Origin: a virus
Taxonomy: Duplodnaviria; Caudoviricetes
Virus record (IMG/VR): IMGVR_UViG_3300032233_002306
Span: 2,117 to 66,116 of that record
Strand: one strand, 5' to 3'
Length of the DNA stretch: 64,000 bases
In this document: positions 1 through 10,490 of the stretch, piece by piece
Position numbering within the stretch: the first letter of the stretch is position 1
Layout: every line of letters begins with the position of its first letter
Program-made: the position numbers and the translations under genes
Notes under the pieces: generated by a model
What the model was told of the DNA's origin: nothing
Database searches by the model: none
What the model saw: the letters and a program-made list of their open reading frames with translations, nothing else

Positions 1-1
1 A

Positions 2-1069
2 CTTGAGGTAGTAGAAGGTCTTCAATTTGATAGGGGTTATAAGTCACCTTATATGGTTACAGATAATAACTCAATGCAAGCTATTCTCAATGATGCTTTA
101 ATTCTATTGTTTGATGGTAGAATTAGTACTGTAAAAGATCTACTTCCACTTCTAGAGCGTGTATCACAAGAAAATAAATCACTCCTTATCATCGCTGAAG
201 ATATTGATGGTGAAGCGCTTTCAACACTCATTGTAAATAAGATGAGAGGTATCTTGAAAGTAGCTGCTGTTAAGGCTCCTGATTTCGGTGAACGTAGAAC
301 ACTTATTCTAGAAGACATCGCTACTGTAACTGGCGGTACTGTAATTTCACCTACTAAAGGAATGAAATTGGATCGTTTTAATATGGATTGGTTCGGTAAT
401 GCTAGAACAGTTACTGTAGGTAAAGAAACAACTACAATTGTAGATGGTAAAGGCAACACAGAAGCTATCGACGTTCGTATTGAAGAATTAAAATTCCAAA
501 TCGATCAGTCTAATTCACCGTATGAAGTAGAACGCCTACAAGATCGTCTTGCTAAGATGATTGGTGGTGTAGCTATTATCAATGTAGGTGGAGGTACTGA
601 GATTGAAATGAAGGAAAGGAAAGATCGTATTGACGATGCTCTTCAAGCAACTAAAGCAGCACTTGAAGAAGGTATTCTACCTGGTGCTGGTATTGCTCTA
701 ATGCATGCTAGAACAGCTATTAGTCAAGCTAAAGTTGATGGAGTTGATTTTAATAAAGGTAAACAAATAATCTTAAAAGCGTGTAGCTCTCCATTCAAAC
801 AAATACTTAATAATGCTGGTGTAGACCATAATGAAGTATTAATGAATCTCAGAAATGCTTCAAATAATATGGTTCCAAACATTGCTGATGAAACATTAGT
901 AGATGCCTTCGAATCAGGCATCATCGATCCAACTAAAGTAGTTAGATGTGCTCTAGAGAATGCAGCCGCAGCCGCTGTAACGTTGCTGATGACTGAATGT
1001 GTAATCCATGACAAACCTACTGATAAGAAGAAAACAGACGAAGTTGATATGTCAGGGTTTGGAATGTAA
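2..1069 (+). CDS. groEL: Chaperonin GroEL (5'-truncated by window)
   Basis: Frame open from nt 2 (LEVVEGLQFDRGYKSPY). Contains AVKAPDFGERR, GGVAIINVGGGTEIEMKERKDRIDDALQATKAA and GIIDPTKVVRCALENAA motifs. Confidence 0.97.
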   Translation, partial: LEVVEGLQFDRGYKSPYMVTDNNSMQAILNDALILLFDGRISTVKDLLPLLERVSQENKSLLIIAEDIDGEALSTLIVNKMRGILKVAAVKAPDFGERRTLILEDIATVTGGTVISPTKGMKLDRFNMDWFGNARTVTVGKETTTIVDGKGNTEAIDVRIEELKFQIDQSNSPYEVERLQDRLAKMIGGVAIINVGGGTEIEMKERKDRIDDALQATKAALEEGILPGAGIALMHARTAISQAKVDGVDFNKGKQIILKACSSPFKQILNNAGVDHNEVLMNLRNASNNMVPNIADETLVDAFESGIIDPTKVVRCALENAAAAAVTLLMTECVIHDKPTDKKKTDEVDMSGFGM

Positions 1070-1078
1070 TTTCAACCT

Positions 1079-1387
1079 ATGAAAAAACTATACCTCGACG
1101 ATATCCGTACCCCTAAAACCAAGGGGTGGGATATCGTTCGTAGTTACGATGAATTTGTAAAGTGGATTGAGGAAAATGGATTACCTGATAAGGTATCTTT
1201 TGACCATGATTTGGGAGAAGAAGAAACAAAAACAGGATATGATGCGGCAAAATGGCTAGTTCAATACTGCCACAGCAATTGCCTCCCCTTCTTCCCAGAA
1301 TACAATGTTCACTCTGCTAATCCAGTTGGTAAGGCAAATATAGAGTCTTATCTTTCAAATGCAAAAAAACATTTAAATAAGTTATGA
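1079..1387 (+). CDS. Cyclic-phosphate-processing receiver-like domain protein
   Basis: LYLDDIR...SFDHDLG...GYD.AKWL...VHSANPVG pattern typical of this phage family. Confidence 0.75.
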   Translation: MKKLYLDDIRTPKTKGWDIVRSYDEFVKWIEENGLPDKVSFDHDLGEEETKTGYDAAKWLVQYCHSNCLPFFPEYNVHSANPVGKANIESYLSNAKKHLNKL

Positions 1388-2304
1388 AACAACACACACT
1401 CTGGATTGAACGCTATAGATCACAAATATTGGAACAATACATCGGCAACGATGCGGTTAAAGCCCGCATCGCCGATTGTATTGCCTCTAATGATATTCCA
1501 CATTTCCTATTTGCAGGTACAGCGGGTACTGGTAAAACAACATTAGCTAAATTAATTGTTAAGAATATTAAATGTGATTATCTCTACATTAATGCTAGTG
1601 ATGAGAATGGAATTGATATGATTAGAGAGAAAGTAAAGGGATTTGCTTCTACATCTACATTTCAACCACTTAAAGTAGTAATATTAGATGAGTCTGATTT
1701 CTTAACCCAACCGGCACAAGCAGCACTCCGTAATCTAATTGAGGAATATTCAATTACAACTCGATTTATACTTACTTGTAATTATATTGAGCGTTTAATT
1801 GAACCACTACAATCACGTTGTGAAACCCATCTACTAACACCCCCATCCAAAGGTAATGTTGCAAAACACGTTTGCACTAGTATTCTAGATGTTGAAGGAG
1901 TCCAATACGAAATGGCTGATGTGGCAACGATAATTAAGGAATATTATCCTGATGTTCGTTCTATTATCAAAGTATTACAACAGAATGTTAGAGACGGTAA
2001 ATTATCTGTAGCGGCTTTAGATGCTAATTGGACTAAACAACTAATTTTAATACTAAATAAACGCGATAAAAATGCTTGGTATCAAGTTCGCCAACTGGTA
2101 GCTGACAGTCAAGTAGACGACTTTCAAACCGCTTATCGATATATGTTTGAGCACTTGAATGAATTTAGTTACGGACACGATGCCGAACTATCAGTTATAT
2201 TAGATGATTTTATTTGGAGATCAGGTGTAGTGCCGGATAAAGAAATTAACTTTGCAGCCGCAATAGCAAAAATACTAGAAACAACTAAAAAACAAGTAAT
2301 ATGA
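1384..2304 (+). CDS. Sliding-clamp loader ATPase subunit (T4 gp44/RFC-like)
   Basis: Walker A GTAGTGKT, INASDENGID, Walker B ILDESD, SRC motif (LQSRC). Confidence 0.93.
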   Translation: MKQHTLWIERYRSQILEQYIGNDAVKARIADCIASNDIPHFLFAGTAGTGKTTLAKLIVKNIKCDYLYINASDENGIDMIREKVKGFASTSTFQPLKVVILDESDFLTQPAQAALRNLIEEYSITTRFILTCNYIERLIEPLQSRCETHLLTPPSKGNVAKHVCTSILDVEGVQYEMADVATIIKEYYPDVRSIIKVLQQNVRDGKLSVAALDANWTKQLILILNKRDKNAWYQVRQLVADSQVDDFQTAYRYMFEHLNEFSYGHDAELSVILDDFIWRSGVVPDKEINFAAAIAKILETTKKQVI

Positions 2305-2546
2305 GTCAAGAACAAATGAATCTAAACATTACATTAGATAAAACATCAGCAGTATCATGTGATAGCTGTGGTCATGAAGTATTCCAGGAAGGAGTAATGC
2401 TTAGAAAAGCATCTCGATTTATAACAGGAACAGCACAAGATGCTCTTATTCCAATTCAAGTATTTACTTGTAGTAAGTGTGGGAGTGTAAATGAAGAATT
2501 CTTACCTTCACAATTGAGAAACAAAAGCGAAGATAATGTTCTTTAA
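2301..2546 (+). CDS. Small zinc-ribbon protein
   Basis: CDSC...CSKC pairs; overlaps the clamp-loader stop codon. Confidence 0.65.
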   Translation: MSQEQMNLNITLDKTSAVSCDSCGHEVFQEGVMLRKASRFITGTAQDALIPIQVFTCSKCGSVNEEFLPSQLRNKSEDNVL

Positions 2547-2775
2547 AAAATATAAAATGCAAATAAAACAACTCCAACAAGAAAACGAACAACTTAAAGC
2601 ACAAATAGCTGGTCTTGCTTTTAATCTTAAAGCAGCAGACGATAAAATTAAGCAATATGAAATACAAATAGATAATCTCTATAAACAAAATATGGGATTA
2701 TCTAGTGAAGTAAAACATCTCAATATGCTTGCTATGACATCTAATTCTAACAGAAACGATTCAAGAAATTATTAA
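2536..2775 (+). CDS. Coiled-coil hypothetical protein
   Basis: Heptad pattern; coupled to neighbouring genes. Confidence 0.55.
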   Translation: MFFKKYKMQIKQLQQENEQLKAQIAGLAFNLKAADDKIKQYEIQIDNLYKQNMGLSSEVKHLNMLAMTSNSNRNDSRNY

Positions 2776-3146
2776 TGAATATATTTGATCATATTAAGAA
2801 TATCACAACTAATAAAGGACCATATCTAGGTGACGAAGGTTGGAATAATTGGATGATCAATCGTTATCTAAGTATGGATCCTGATTATTGTGAGGTAGTA
2901 AATATAGTACAAAAGAACACTTGGCAGATGAAAGGTGAGTATCTTTATAATCTATATAGAGATCTTATTCCTCAACAATATAAGTATCTTAAATATATTA
3001 AGGCTAAAAATAAAAAGGAATATAAAGCCGATCAAGTAGAAGCAGTAGCTACTTATTATGAAGTTAGTAAACATGAAGCCAAAGAATATATTAGTATGCT
3101 TCCTAAAGAAGAACTAGAAAACATAATAAATCAAATCAATGGGTAA
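2775..3146 (+). CDS. Clamp-loader small subunit (gp62-like)
   Basis: W.INRYLSM...Y.KYIK pattern; lies near the gp44-like gene. Confidence 0.7.
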   Translation: MNIFDHIKNITTNKGPYLGDEGWNNWMINRYLSMDPDYCEVVNIVQKNTWQMKGEYLYNLYRDLIPQQYKYLKYIKAKNKKEYKADQVEAVATYYEVSKHEAKEYISMLPKEELENIINQING

Positions 3147-3420
3147 GTATATAGACAGTGCTAAGGCATATAGAGAATATTTAACTTATATGGAACAACA
3201 AATGGAAGATACACCTAAACTAGACTCGATTGTTACTTCAATTATAGATCAATTTACAGCTCGTGCTAAAATGGGTAAGAAAAAATATGGTGTTGATTTA
3301 GATCGTACTGATCTATCCTTATTAGATTGGATCGAACATGCTAAACAAGAACACATGGATGCTATTCTATATTTGGAAAAAATAAAACAAGAAATCCTTG
3401 GCAAAGAAAAAGCTTTCTGA
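3139..3420 (+). CDS. MazG-like all-alpha NTP pyrophosphohydrolase
   Basis: KKYGVDLDR.DLSLLDWIEHAKQEHMDAILY pattern. Confidence 0.55.
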   Translation: MGKYIDSAKAYREYLTYMEQQMEDTPKLDSIVTSIIDQFTARAKMGKKKYGVDLDRTDLSLLDWIEHAKQEHMDAILYLEKIKQEILGKEKAF

Positions 3421-4339
3421 GATTGAGTTGAAGATTAAAAATCATCAACTCCCTATAGTTCATCCTGTCTTTCAAAAAAGCGTTTCTTATTCTCAATATT
3501 CGATGTGGGCTAAATGCCCACATCAATGGTATCTTACATATATAGAAAAGAAACAACCATATCAAGCAAGCATACACACTGTATTCGGAACAGCATTTCA
3601 TGAAACATTGCAATCATATATTACAACAATGTATAATGAAAGTGGGACCGCTGCTGATAAAATGGATTTAGAAACACTATTCCAAGAAAGATTCAGAGAA
3701 GTATATGCTAAAGAATATAAAGCAGCAGGGGCTCATTTCACTGATGCAACCCAAATGAGTGAGTTTTTTGATGATGGAATAGCAATATTAAGATGGCTTA
3801 AAACAAGGCGAAATAAGATATTTACTATTCGCAAAATGAAGTTATTAGGTATAGAATTACCTTTACTTTTATGTCTATCAACTAATTTATATTATAAAGC
3901 ATTTATTGATTTTGCATTATATGATGAAGATTTAAATAAAGTTTACATATATGACATCAAAACGTCGACTCGTGGATGGAGTGACAACGAAAAAAGAGAC
4001 GATCAAAAAACTGCTCAAGTCCTACTATACAAAGAGTATTTCGCAAAACAATACGGATGGAACGTTGAACAAATCGAAGTCGAATTCTTCATCGTTAAGC
4101 GTAAAATCTATGAACAAGCTGAATACCCTATTCCCCGGCTTCAGTCCTTTAGACCCGCTAGCGGAAAAACCAAACGAAAACAAGCAATAGATAATTTTGA
4201 AGCCTTTACTAAAGATTGCTTTAATAAAATTGGAGAACCACAAATAAAGTCTTACCTTAAAAATGTAGGTGAGAGTAGTTGTAAGTGGTGTCCCTATAAA
4301 GACAATCAAGAGCTTTGCGATAAAATACATTCTTCCTAA
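3398..4339 (+). CDS. PD-(D/E)XK (RecB/Cas4-like) exonuclease
   Basis: SYSQYSMWAKCP, FGTAFHE, FIDF...YDIKTS, C-terminal CKWCPY. Confidence 0.85.
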   Translation: MAKKKLSEIELKIKNHQLPIVHPVFQKSVSYSQYSMWAKCPHQWYLTYIEKKQPYQASIHTVFGTAFHETLQSYITTMYNESGTAADKMDLETLFQERFREVYAKEYKAAGAHFTDATQMSEFFDDGIAILRWLKTRRNKIFTIRKMKLLGIELPLLLCLSTNLYYKAFIDFALYDEDLNKVYIYDIKTSTRGWSDNEKRDDQKTAQVLLYKEYFAKQYGWNVEQIEVEFFIVKRKIYEQAEYPIPRLQSFRPASGKTKRKQAIDNFEAFTKDCFNKIGEPQIKSYLKNVGESSCKWCPYKDNQELCDKIHSS

Positions 4340-4372
4340 TAAGCGTATATATTTATATGCAAATATATTATT

Positions 4373-4567
4373 ATGGGAAACAAAATGCAATTAACAAGTG
4401 TAAAAGTTCCTGAAGATTTATTTGAGCAATTTAAAATTGCCTGTGTAAAATACAAATTCAGCGTACAAAAATTAACAGAGCGTTCAATGTATCTTTACCT
4501 AACAGATGAAAACTTCAGAAAAAACATTCACAATCAATTAGAAACACAATTTACAGGTAGTATTTAA
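4373..4567 (+). CDS. Small ribbon-helix-helix-like DNA-binding protein
   Basis: LTSVKV strand followed by two helices; heads the glycan cluster. Confidence 0.5.
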   Translation: MGNKMQLTSVKVPEDLFEQFKIACVKYKFSVQKLTERSMYLYLTDENFRKNIHNQLETQFTGSI

Positions 4568-4578
4568 AAATTAGTTAC

Positions 4579-6069
4579 ATGAAAGAAGGTTATATTCCTA
4601 AAGAACAACGTAAGAAAATCTTATTATTGTGCGATGATATCAGAATGACAAGTGGTATTTCCACTATGGCAAGAGAAATCGTTATTGGTACTGCTCATCA
4701 CTATAATTGGGTGAATGTAGGGGGTGCTATTAATCATCCTGACAAAGGTAAACGATTTGATTTAAGTGGAGATACAAACCAAAATACTGGCATTGATGAT
4801 ACTAATGTATCCCTATACCCAATTGATGGATATGGAAGTCCTGAACTAATCAGACAACTAATCCAACTAGAAAAACCAGATGCTATTATGTTCTTTACTG
4901 ATCCAAGATACTGGGTTTGGTTATTTCAAATGGAACATGAAATTAGAAAAATAATGCCTATGATTTATCTTAACATCTGGGATGACCTGCCTTACCCAAT
5001 GTATAATAAATCCTTTTATGAATCATGTGATACATTATTTGCTATTAGTAAACAAACAGAAAACCTTAATCGATGTGTTCTAGGAGCAGAAATATCAGCT
5101 GAAAAGATTATTAAATATATTCCTCATGGAATAAATGAAAATATATTCTTTCCTATTGATTCTTTTCACCCTGAATATTTAGCACTTCAAGAATTTAAAA
5201 AGCAAACATATGGAGATAAAGAATATGATTTTAATCTCCTATACAATGCAAGAAATATTCGTCGCAAATCAGTCCCCGATTTAATGTTGGCTTGGAAAAT
5301 ATTCATTGATGTGTTGCCTGAAGATAAAGCTAAAAAATGTGCTTTAACACTTCATACTCAACCCGTAGATGAGAATGGAACTGATTTACTTGCAGTACAA
5401 CAAATGTTATTTGGAAATAACCCAAAATATAACATTACATTCTCAACAGGGAGATACCCAGCAAATATAATGAACCTATTATACAATTCATCAGACGCTG
5501 TAGCATTGATTAGTTCAAATGAAGGATGGGGATTATCACTTACAGAAGGAATGATGTGTGGTAAACCAATCATAGCTACAGTAACAGGAGGAATGCAAGA
5601 TCAAATGCGTTTTGAAGATAAAAATGGTGATTGGATTAAATTTACAGAAGAATTCGGTTCAAACCATAGAGGTAAATATAAAAAACACGGTAAATGGGCT
5701 TTCCCTGTATTTCCAAGTAATATTAGCTTAATTGGTTCTGTTCCTACACCTTATATATTCGATGATAGAGCAGACCCACACGGTATAGCTGATCAAATTA
5801 AAGAATTATATGCTTTAAAAACAAATCAAATTGATGAATTTGGTTCTCATACTAGAGGATTTGAAACATACGAGGAAGTGAGTAAAGCAGCTCGTGAATG
5901 GGTAACATCAGATGAATCAATGCAATCAGCAAAAAATATGTGTAAGAATGTAATTGATGGTATTGATGAAACATTTAATAAATGGGAACCAAGGTATGCT
6001 TTTGAATTAATTAAAGTAGAACCACTAGAACAACCTAAACATTTTGTAAAACATCCTATAGCACAATAA
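4579..6069 (+). CDS. Glycosyltransferase, GT4/GT-B
   Basis: RNIRRKSVPDL and SSNEGWGLSLTEGMMCGKPII motifs. Confidence 0.9.
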   Translation: MKEGYIPKEQRKKILLLCDDIRMTSGISTMAREIVIGTAHHYNWVNVGGAINHPDKGKRFDLSGDTNQNTGIDDTNVSLYPIDGYGSPELIRQLIQLEKPDAIMFFTDPRYWVWLFQMEHEIRKIMPMIYLNIWDDLPYPMYNKSFYESCDTLFAISKQTENLNRCVLGAEISAEKIIKYIPHGINENIFFPIDSFHPEYLALQEFKKQTYGDKEYDFNLLYNARNIRRKSVPDLMLAWKIFIDVLPEDKAKKCALTLHTQPVDENGTDLLAVQQMLFGNNPKYNITFSTGRYPANIMNLLYNSSDAVALISSNEGWGLSLTEGMMCGKPIIATVTGGMQDQMRFEDKNGDWIKFTEEFGSNHRGKYKKHGKWAFPVFPSNISLIGSVPTPYIFDDRADPHGIADQIKELYALKTNQIDEFGSHTRGFETYEEVSKAAREWVTSDESMQSAKNMCKNVIDGIDETFNKWEPRYAFELIKVEPLEQPKHFVKHPIAQ

Positions 6070-6070
6070 T

Positions 6071-7357
6071 ATGAAACCATTAATAGTTATAAGCTGCCCA
6101 ATCGATACATTTTCCGGTTATGGGGCTAGATCAAGAGATATTGCTTTAGCAATTATCAAATCAGATAAATATGATGTAAAAATATTATCACAACGTTGGG
6201 GAGCTACGCCATTTGGGTTCCTCCAACAAGATAATCCCGATCATAAACTAATACTTGATTGTATATGGGCTCAACCCCAACTCCCTAAACAACCAGATTG
6301 CTGGATTCAAATTACGGTCCCAAATGAGTTCCAGGCTGTAGGTAAATTTAATATTGGGATGACAGCCGGTATTGAAACAACAATATGTGCTCCTCAATGG
6401 ATTGAAGGAATGAATAGAATGAATTTAAATCTAGTCTCCTCAGAACATGCTAAAAAAGTATTTGAAACTAGTGCTTTTGAAGAGAAAAATGAGCAAGGAC
6501 AAATACTTCGCTCTATTAAATTAGAAAAACCAGTAGAGGTATTATTTGAAGGAGTAAATACAGATATCTATAAAAAATTAGAATCTATTACTTCATTGAA
6601 CGAATTAGATATTATTAAAGAAGATTTTAATTATCTATTTGTAGGACATTGGTTGCAAGGAGAAATAGGACAAGATAGAAAAGATACAGGTATGTTAGTT
6701 AAAACATTTCTTGAAACATTTAAAAATAAAAAACAACGTCCTGGTCTTATTCTTAAAACATCCTCTGGAAACTATTCTATAATGGATAGAGACGGTATAT
6801 TAGAGAAGATTAGGCAAATTGAAGCCTCCGTTGGTGGTGATTTACCAAGTATCTATCTGATTCATGGTGAATTAAGCGATGATGAAATAAATGAATTATA
6901 TAATCATCCTAAAGTAAAAGCACACGTATCATTTACTAAAGGAGAGGGATATGGTCGCCCATTACTCGAAGCATCTATTTCCCAAAAACCAGTAATAGCA
7001 AGTAATTATAGTGGTCATCTAGACTTCCTCAACTCCGAAATGTCAATTTTGCTACCTGGAGAAGTAACTCAAATTCACTCCTCAGCAGCTGTAAAAGACA
7101 TGCTAATTCCAGAAAGTGGATGGTTTACTGTTAATTATGATAAAGCATCTGAAACTCTTGAAGATGTTTATAAAAATTATAAAAAATATATTGATGGGGC
7201 AAAGAAACAAGCTTATCGTTCACGTACTGAATTCAGTTTAGAGAAAATGTCTGAAATATTAATTAATATTCTAGAAGAAAAAGTACCTAAACAGATTCAA
7301 CTTAAGCTTCCTCAATTAAAGAAAATTGAATTACCTAAACTTAAAAAAGTAGACTAA
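6071..7357 (+). CDS. Glycosyltransferase, GT4-like
   Basis: FSGYGARSRD; TKGEGYGRPLLEAS...PVIASNYSGHLDF. Confidence 0.88.
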   Translation: MKPLIVISCPIDTFSGYGARSRDIALAIIKSDKYDVKILSQRWGATPFGFLQQDNPDHKLILDCIWAQPQLPKQPDCWIQITVPNEFQAVGKFNIGMTAGIETTICAPQWIEGMNRMNLNLVSSEHAKKVFETSAFEEKNEQGQILRSIKLEKPVEVLFEGVNTDIYKKLESITSLNELDIIKEDFNYLFVGHWLQGEIGQDRKDTGMLVKTFLETFKNKKQRPGLILKTSSGNYSIMDRDGILEKIRQIEASVGGDLPSIYLIHGELSDDEINELYNHPKVKAHVSFTKGEGYGRPLLEASISQKPVIASNYSGHLDFLNSEMSILLPGEVTQIHSSAAVKDMLIPESGWFTVNYDKASETLEDVYKNYKKYIDGAKKQAYRSRTEFSLEKMSEILINILEEKVPKQIQLKLPQLKKIELPKLKKVD

Positions 7358-7752
7358 TGCAAGAATCATTTATAATATGTCCTAAGTGTAAAGGTAATGC
7401 TTGCCATGAAGTATCAAATGATAAACTTACTGTTTGGAGTTGTTTTGGGTGTGGTTTCACATCCAATTCAACTTTAACAGAAGATAAATTAGAAGAAGTT
7501 GAATCTATAATTCCTCAACTACATAAAGATCTTCGATTTAAGGATGATAAAAATTACTACTGGTATCCTAGCAGTGTAATGTTAGAAGATAAATCACTAG
7601 TATTTGCTGATGGTAAATCCTTAGAAGAGTGGAAGTGGGCCGGTGTACAGTCTAAAGATGGTAAAGCAGATATGACAACAGTTAAATATTTTGAAGAAAA
7701 AGAATTTATGGAAGCTCTCGATTACATAGGCTTCTTTGAAAAACAAAAATAA
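7357..7752 (+). CDS. Zn-finger hypothetical protein
   Basis: CPKC...CFGC pairs. Confidence 0.55.
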   Translation: MQESFIICPKCKGNACHEVSNDKLTVWSCFGCGFTSNSTLTEDKLEEVESIIPQLHKDLRFKDDKNYYWYPSSVMLEDKSLVFADGKSLEEWKWAGVQSKDGKADMTTVKYFEEKEFMEALDYIGFFEKQK

Positions 7753-8368
7753 TGTTATGCCTTCAATCAGTTATGCAATCACAGCATGTAATGAACATGT
7801 TGAATTAGAACGACTATTAGATCATTTAAATGATTGGATTAGAGAAGAGGATGAAATAGTAATTCAATTGGATACTACAGCTACTGAAGAAGTAAAAGAA
7901 ATAGCATTTAAATATCCTGATCAAGCTACTGTTACTGCATTCCCCCTTGCAGGTGACTTTGCTCAATTTAAAAACAATTTAAAAAATTACTGTACTAAAG
8001 ATTATATCTTCCAGATAGATGCAGATGAAAATCTTTCTCAAGATTTAATACTAAATCTCTCTGAAATATTAGAACTTAATCCTGAAATTGAATTATATGC
8101 CGTTCCTAGGATTAATACAGTAGAAGGATTAACTCAAGAACACATTCAAAAATGGGGATGGCATGTTAACCAAGAGGGTTGGGTTAATTATCCTGATTAT
8201 CAAACACGTATACTTAAAAACATACCTGAGATAAAATGGATAAATAAAGTTCATGAGCGTTTAGTTGGGGCTAAAAATATAGTTCCCTTACCTGAAGGTT
8301 ATGATTTAATTCATCCCAAAACAATAGAAAGACAAGAAAGACAAAACGAATACTATAATACACTATGA
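7736..8368 (+). CDS. Glycosyltransferase, GT2 (probable start at MPSISY)
   Basis: SYAITACNE, FQIDADE (DxD), WINKVHE. Confidence 0.85.
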   Translation: MKNKNNVMPSISYAITACNEHVELERLLDHLNDWIREEDEIVIQLDTTATEEVKEIAFKYPDQATVTAFPLAGDFAQFKNNLKNYCTKDYIFQIDADENLSQDLILNLSEILELNPEIELYAVPRINTVEGLTQEHIQKWGWHVNQEGWVNYPDYQTRILKNIPEIKWINKVHERLVGAKNIVPLPEGYDLIHPKTIERQERQNEYYNTL

Positions 8369-9177
8369 TAATAAAAGCAAATCATTTTGATTCAGAAATA
8401 TTCAAAAAGAAATTATCTCATCTTAAAGATGTAAATTTTTCCCTATTTGTAGATTCTACCCCAGAAACACAAAATGAACTATCCGAAGTTAATATATTAG
8501 TACTTCAAGAACCAAATGAATATTTTGGATTACATGATTGGGCTATTCATAATAAACATCTATTTTCAGTTATATTAACATGGGATGACAAAGTAATTAA
8601 TAACTGTGATAATGCTATATTTCTACCCTTCGGACATACTTGGTTCAAACCAGATCAATATCAAAAAAACCACGATAAAAAATTTCAAATTTCCCATTTA
8701 AGGGGTAATTTATTAAAAACATATGGTCATTCTTTAAGACATGAATTATTAGATAGACAAAATGAAATTAAAATGCCTAAGAAATTTTTTGATGTTTATG
8801 GGGATCGATATAATATTGAAAAAGCTAGAGTTGACAAAGAAGAAGTATTTGGTGATTCTATGTTTGGTGTAGCCATAGAAAATGTATCTCATAATGGTTA
8901 TTTTAGTGAAAAGATATTAGATTGCTTCTTATTAAAAACAATCCCCGTTTATTGGGGATGTTCTTCAATAATAAGTTTTTTTAAGCAAGATGGAATTATT
9001 ATCTTTGATAATATTGATGATTTAATAGTTAAAGTTAATAAAATAGATGAATCATATTACAATGAACGTAAAGATATTATAGAAGAAAACTATAATTTAG
9101 CTCTACAATTTGTTGATTATGAACAAAATATTGTTAATGCTATAACAGAAATATTTAAAATTAATAGTATAATATAA
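8365..9177 (+). CDS. GT10 (fucosyltransferase-like) domain protein
   Basis: AIENVSHNGYFSEKILDCF...IPVYWG matches the GT10 nucleotide-sugar-binding motif. Confidence 0.7.
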   Translation: MIIKANHFDSEIFKKKLSHLKDVNFSLFVDSTPETQNELSEVNILVLQEPNEYFGLHDWAIHNKHLFSVILTWDDKVINNCDNAIFLPFGHTWFKPDQYQKNHDKKFQISHLRGNLLKTYGHSLRHELLDRQNEIKMPKKFFDVYGDRYNIEKARVDKEEVFGDSMFGVAIENVSHNGYFSEKILDCFLLKTIPVYWGCSSIISFFKQDGIIIFDNIDDLIVKVNKIDESYYNERKDIIEENYNLALQFVDYEQNIVNAITEIFKINSII

Positions 9178-10490
9178 TGCAAGAAATACTTAGACTAATA
9201 GAGGAATACATCCAGAAAAAACACTCTAAAAAAACATGGATAGCTGGTAAAGACTGGGTTCAATATGCGGGTCCGTACTTCGATTCACAAGAATATGTAG
9301 CTGCTGTTAAATCCTTATTAGGAGAGTGGTTAGTGTTAGGTGCTGATGCGATTAAGTTTGAATCTAAATTTCCTAAGTTATTTGGTAAAGAATACGGCTT
9401 ATTAACTAATAGTGGTTCAAGTGCTAATCTACTAATGATGGCTGCTATGACCTCTAAACGCGGTTATAATCTACCTAAAGGGACGAAAGTAATTACTCCA
9501 ATAGCTGGTTTCCCAACTACTGTAGCACCAATTATCCAATTAGGATTCACCCCTATATTCGTTGATATCGAGCTTGAAACATTAAACCTCGATCTAGATC
9601 AAGTTGAACAAGCATGTATTGCTCATCCTGACGCTAAAATCATTACATTTGCTCACGTGTTAGGTAATCCACCTAATATGAATCGCTTAATGGAGATAGT
9701 TAAAAAGTATAAACTAATACTATTAGAAGATTGCTGTGATGCTTTAGGTTCTACCTTTGAAGGTAAACCATTAGGATCATTTGGTAAAATGTCTAGCTGC
9801 TCCTTCTACCCAGCTCACCACATAACAATGGGTGAGGGTGGATTCGTAGCTATGAATGACCAAAATACAGAACGCATTGTTCGTAGTTTTAGAGAATGGG
9901 GTAGAGGGTGTTATTGTGTTGGTAAACAAAATCTACTAGAAAACGGAGCCTGTAAATGTCGTTTTAATAACTGGTTACCTTCCTTACCAAATGAAATATT
10001 TGATCACAAATACGTTTATGAAGAAATAGGATATAACGTTAAACCAATCGAACTACAAGCATCAATTGGTTTAGTTCAAATGGAAAAATTAAAGGAAATA
10101 GGAATTAAACGCAAAGAAAATTATAAAAATTTATTTGCTGCATTTAGTAAATACAAACAATATTTCCACTTACATGAAGCACAACCTGGAGCGGATGTTG
10201 ATTGGTTTGCCTTTCCAATAACAGTTAAAGATGGAACCTCATTCAAACGTTCTGATATATGCCAGTTCTTAGAAGCACATAAAATACAAACACGCCCCTA
10301 CTTTGCAGGTAATATTATGCTACAACCAGCATATACTCATTTAATGGATCCTAAAGAAGTGATTGAAAAATACCCTGTAGCTAGAAAAGTTACAACAGAT
10401 ACATTCTTCTTAGGTACATCACCTGTAATTAATAAGGAAAAAACAGATTATATAGAAACAATTTTAGATAAGTTTATAGGTACTTTATGA
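9177..10490 (+). CDS. rfbH: NDP-4-keto-6-deoxyglucose 3-dehydratase (RfbH/DdhC, DegT family)
   Basis: NSGSSANLL, LEDCCDALGS, SFYPAHHITMGEGG (His at the PLP site as in E1), SFREWGRGCYC. Confidence 0.9.
   Translation: MQEILRLIEEYIQKKHSKKTWIAGKDWVQYAGPYFDSQEYVAAVKSLLGEWLVLGADAIKFESKFPKLFGKEYGLLTNSGSSANLLMMAAMTSKRGYNLPKGTKVITPIAGFPTTVAPIIQLGFTPIFVDIELETLNLDLDQVEQACIAHPDAKIITFAHVLGNPPNMNRLMEIVKKYKLILLEDCCDALGSTFEGKPLGSFGKMSSCSFYPAHHITMGEGGFVAMNDQNTERIVRSFREWGRGCYCVGKQNLLENGACKCRFNNWLPSLPNEIFDHKYVYEEIGYNVKPIELQASIGLVQMEKLKEIGIKRKENYKNLFAAFSKYKQYFHLHEAQPGADVDWFAFPITVKDGTSFKRSDICQFLEAHKIQTRPYFAGNIMLQPAYTHLMDPKEVIEKYPVARKVTTDTFFLGTSPVINKEKTDYIETILDKFIGTL

Noticed and set aside
49-1014. Minus-strand ORFs 49-459 and 724-1014, and similar ones (43735-44090, 5358-6080, 46672-46926, 57892-58119, 62436-62636)
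   Set aside because: Antisense shadows of well-supported + strand genes.
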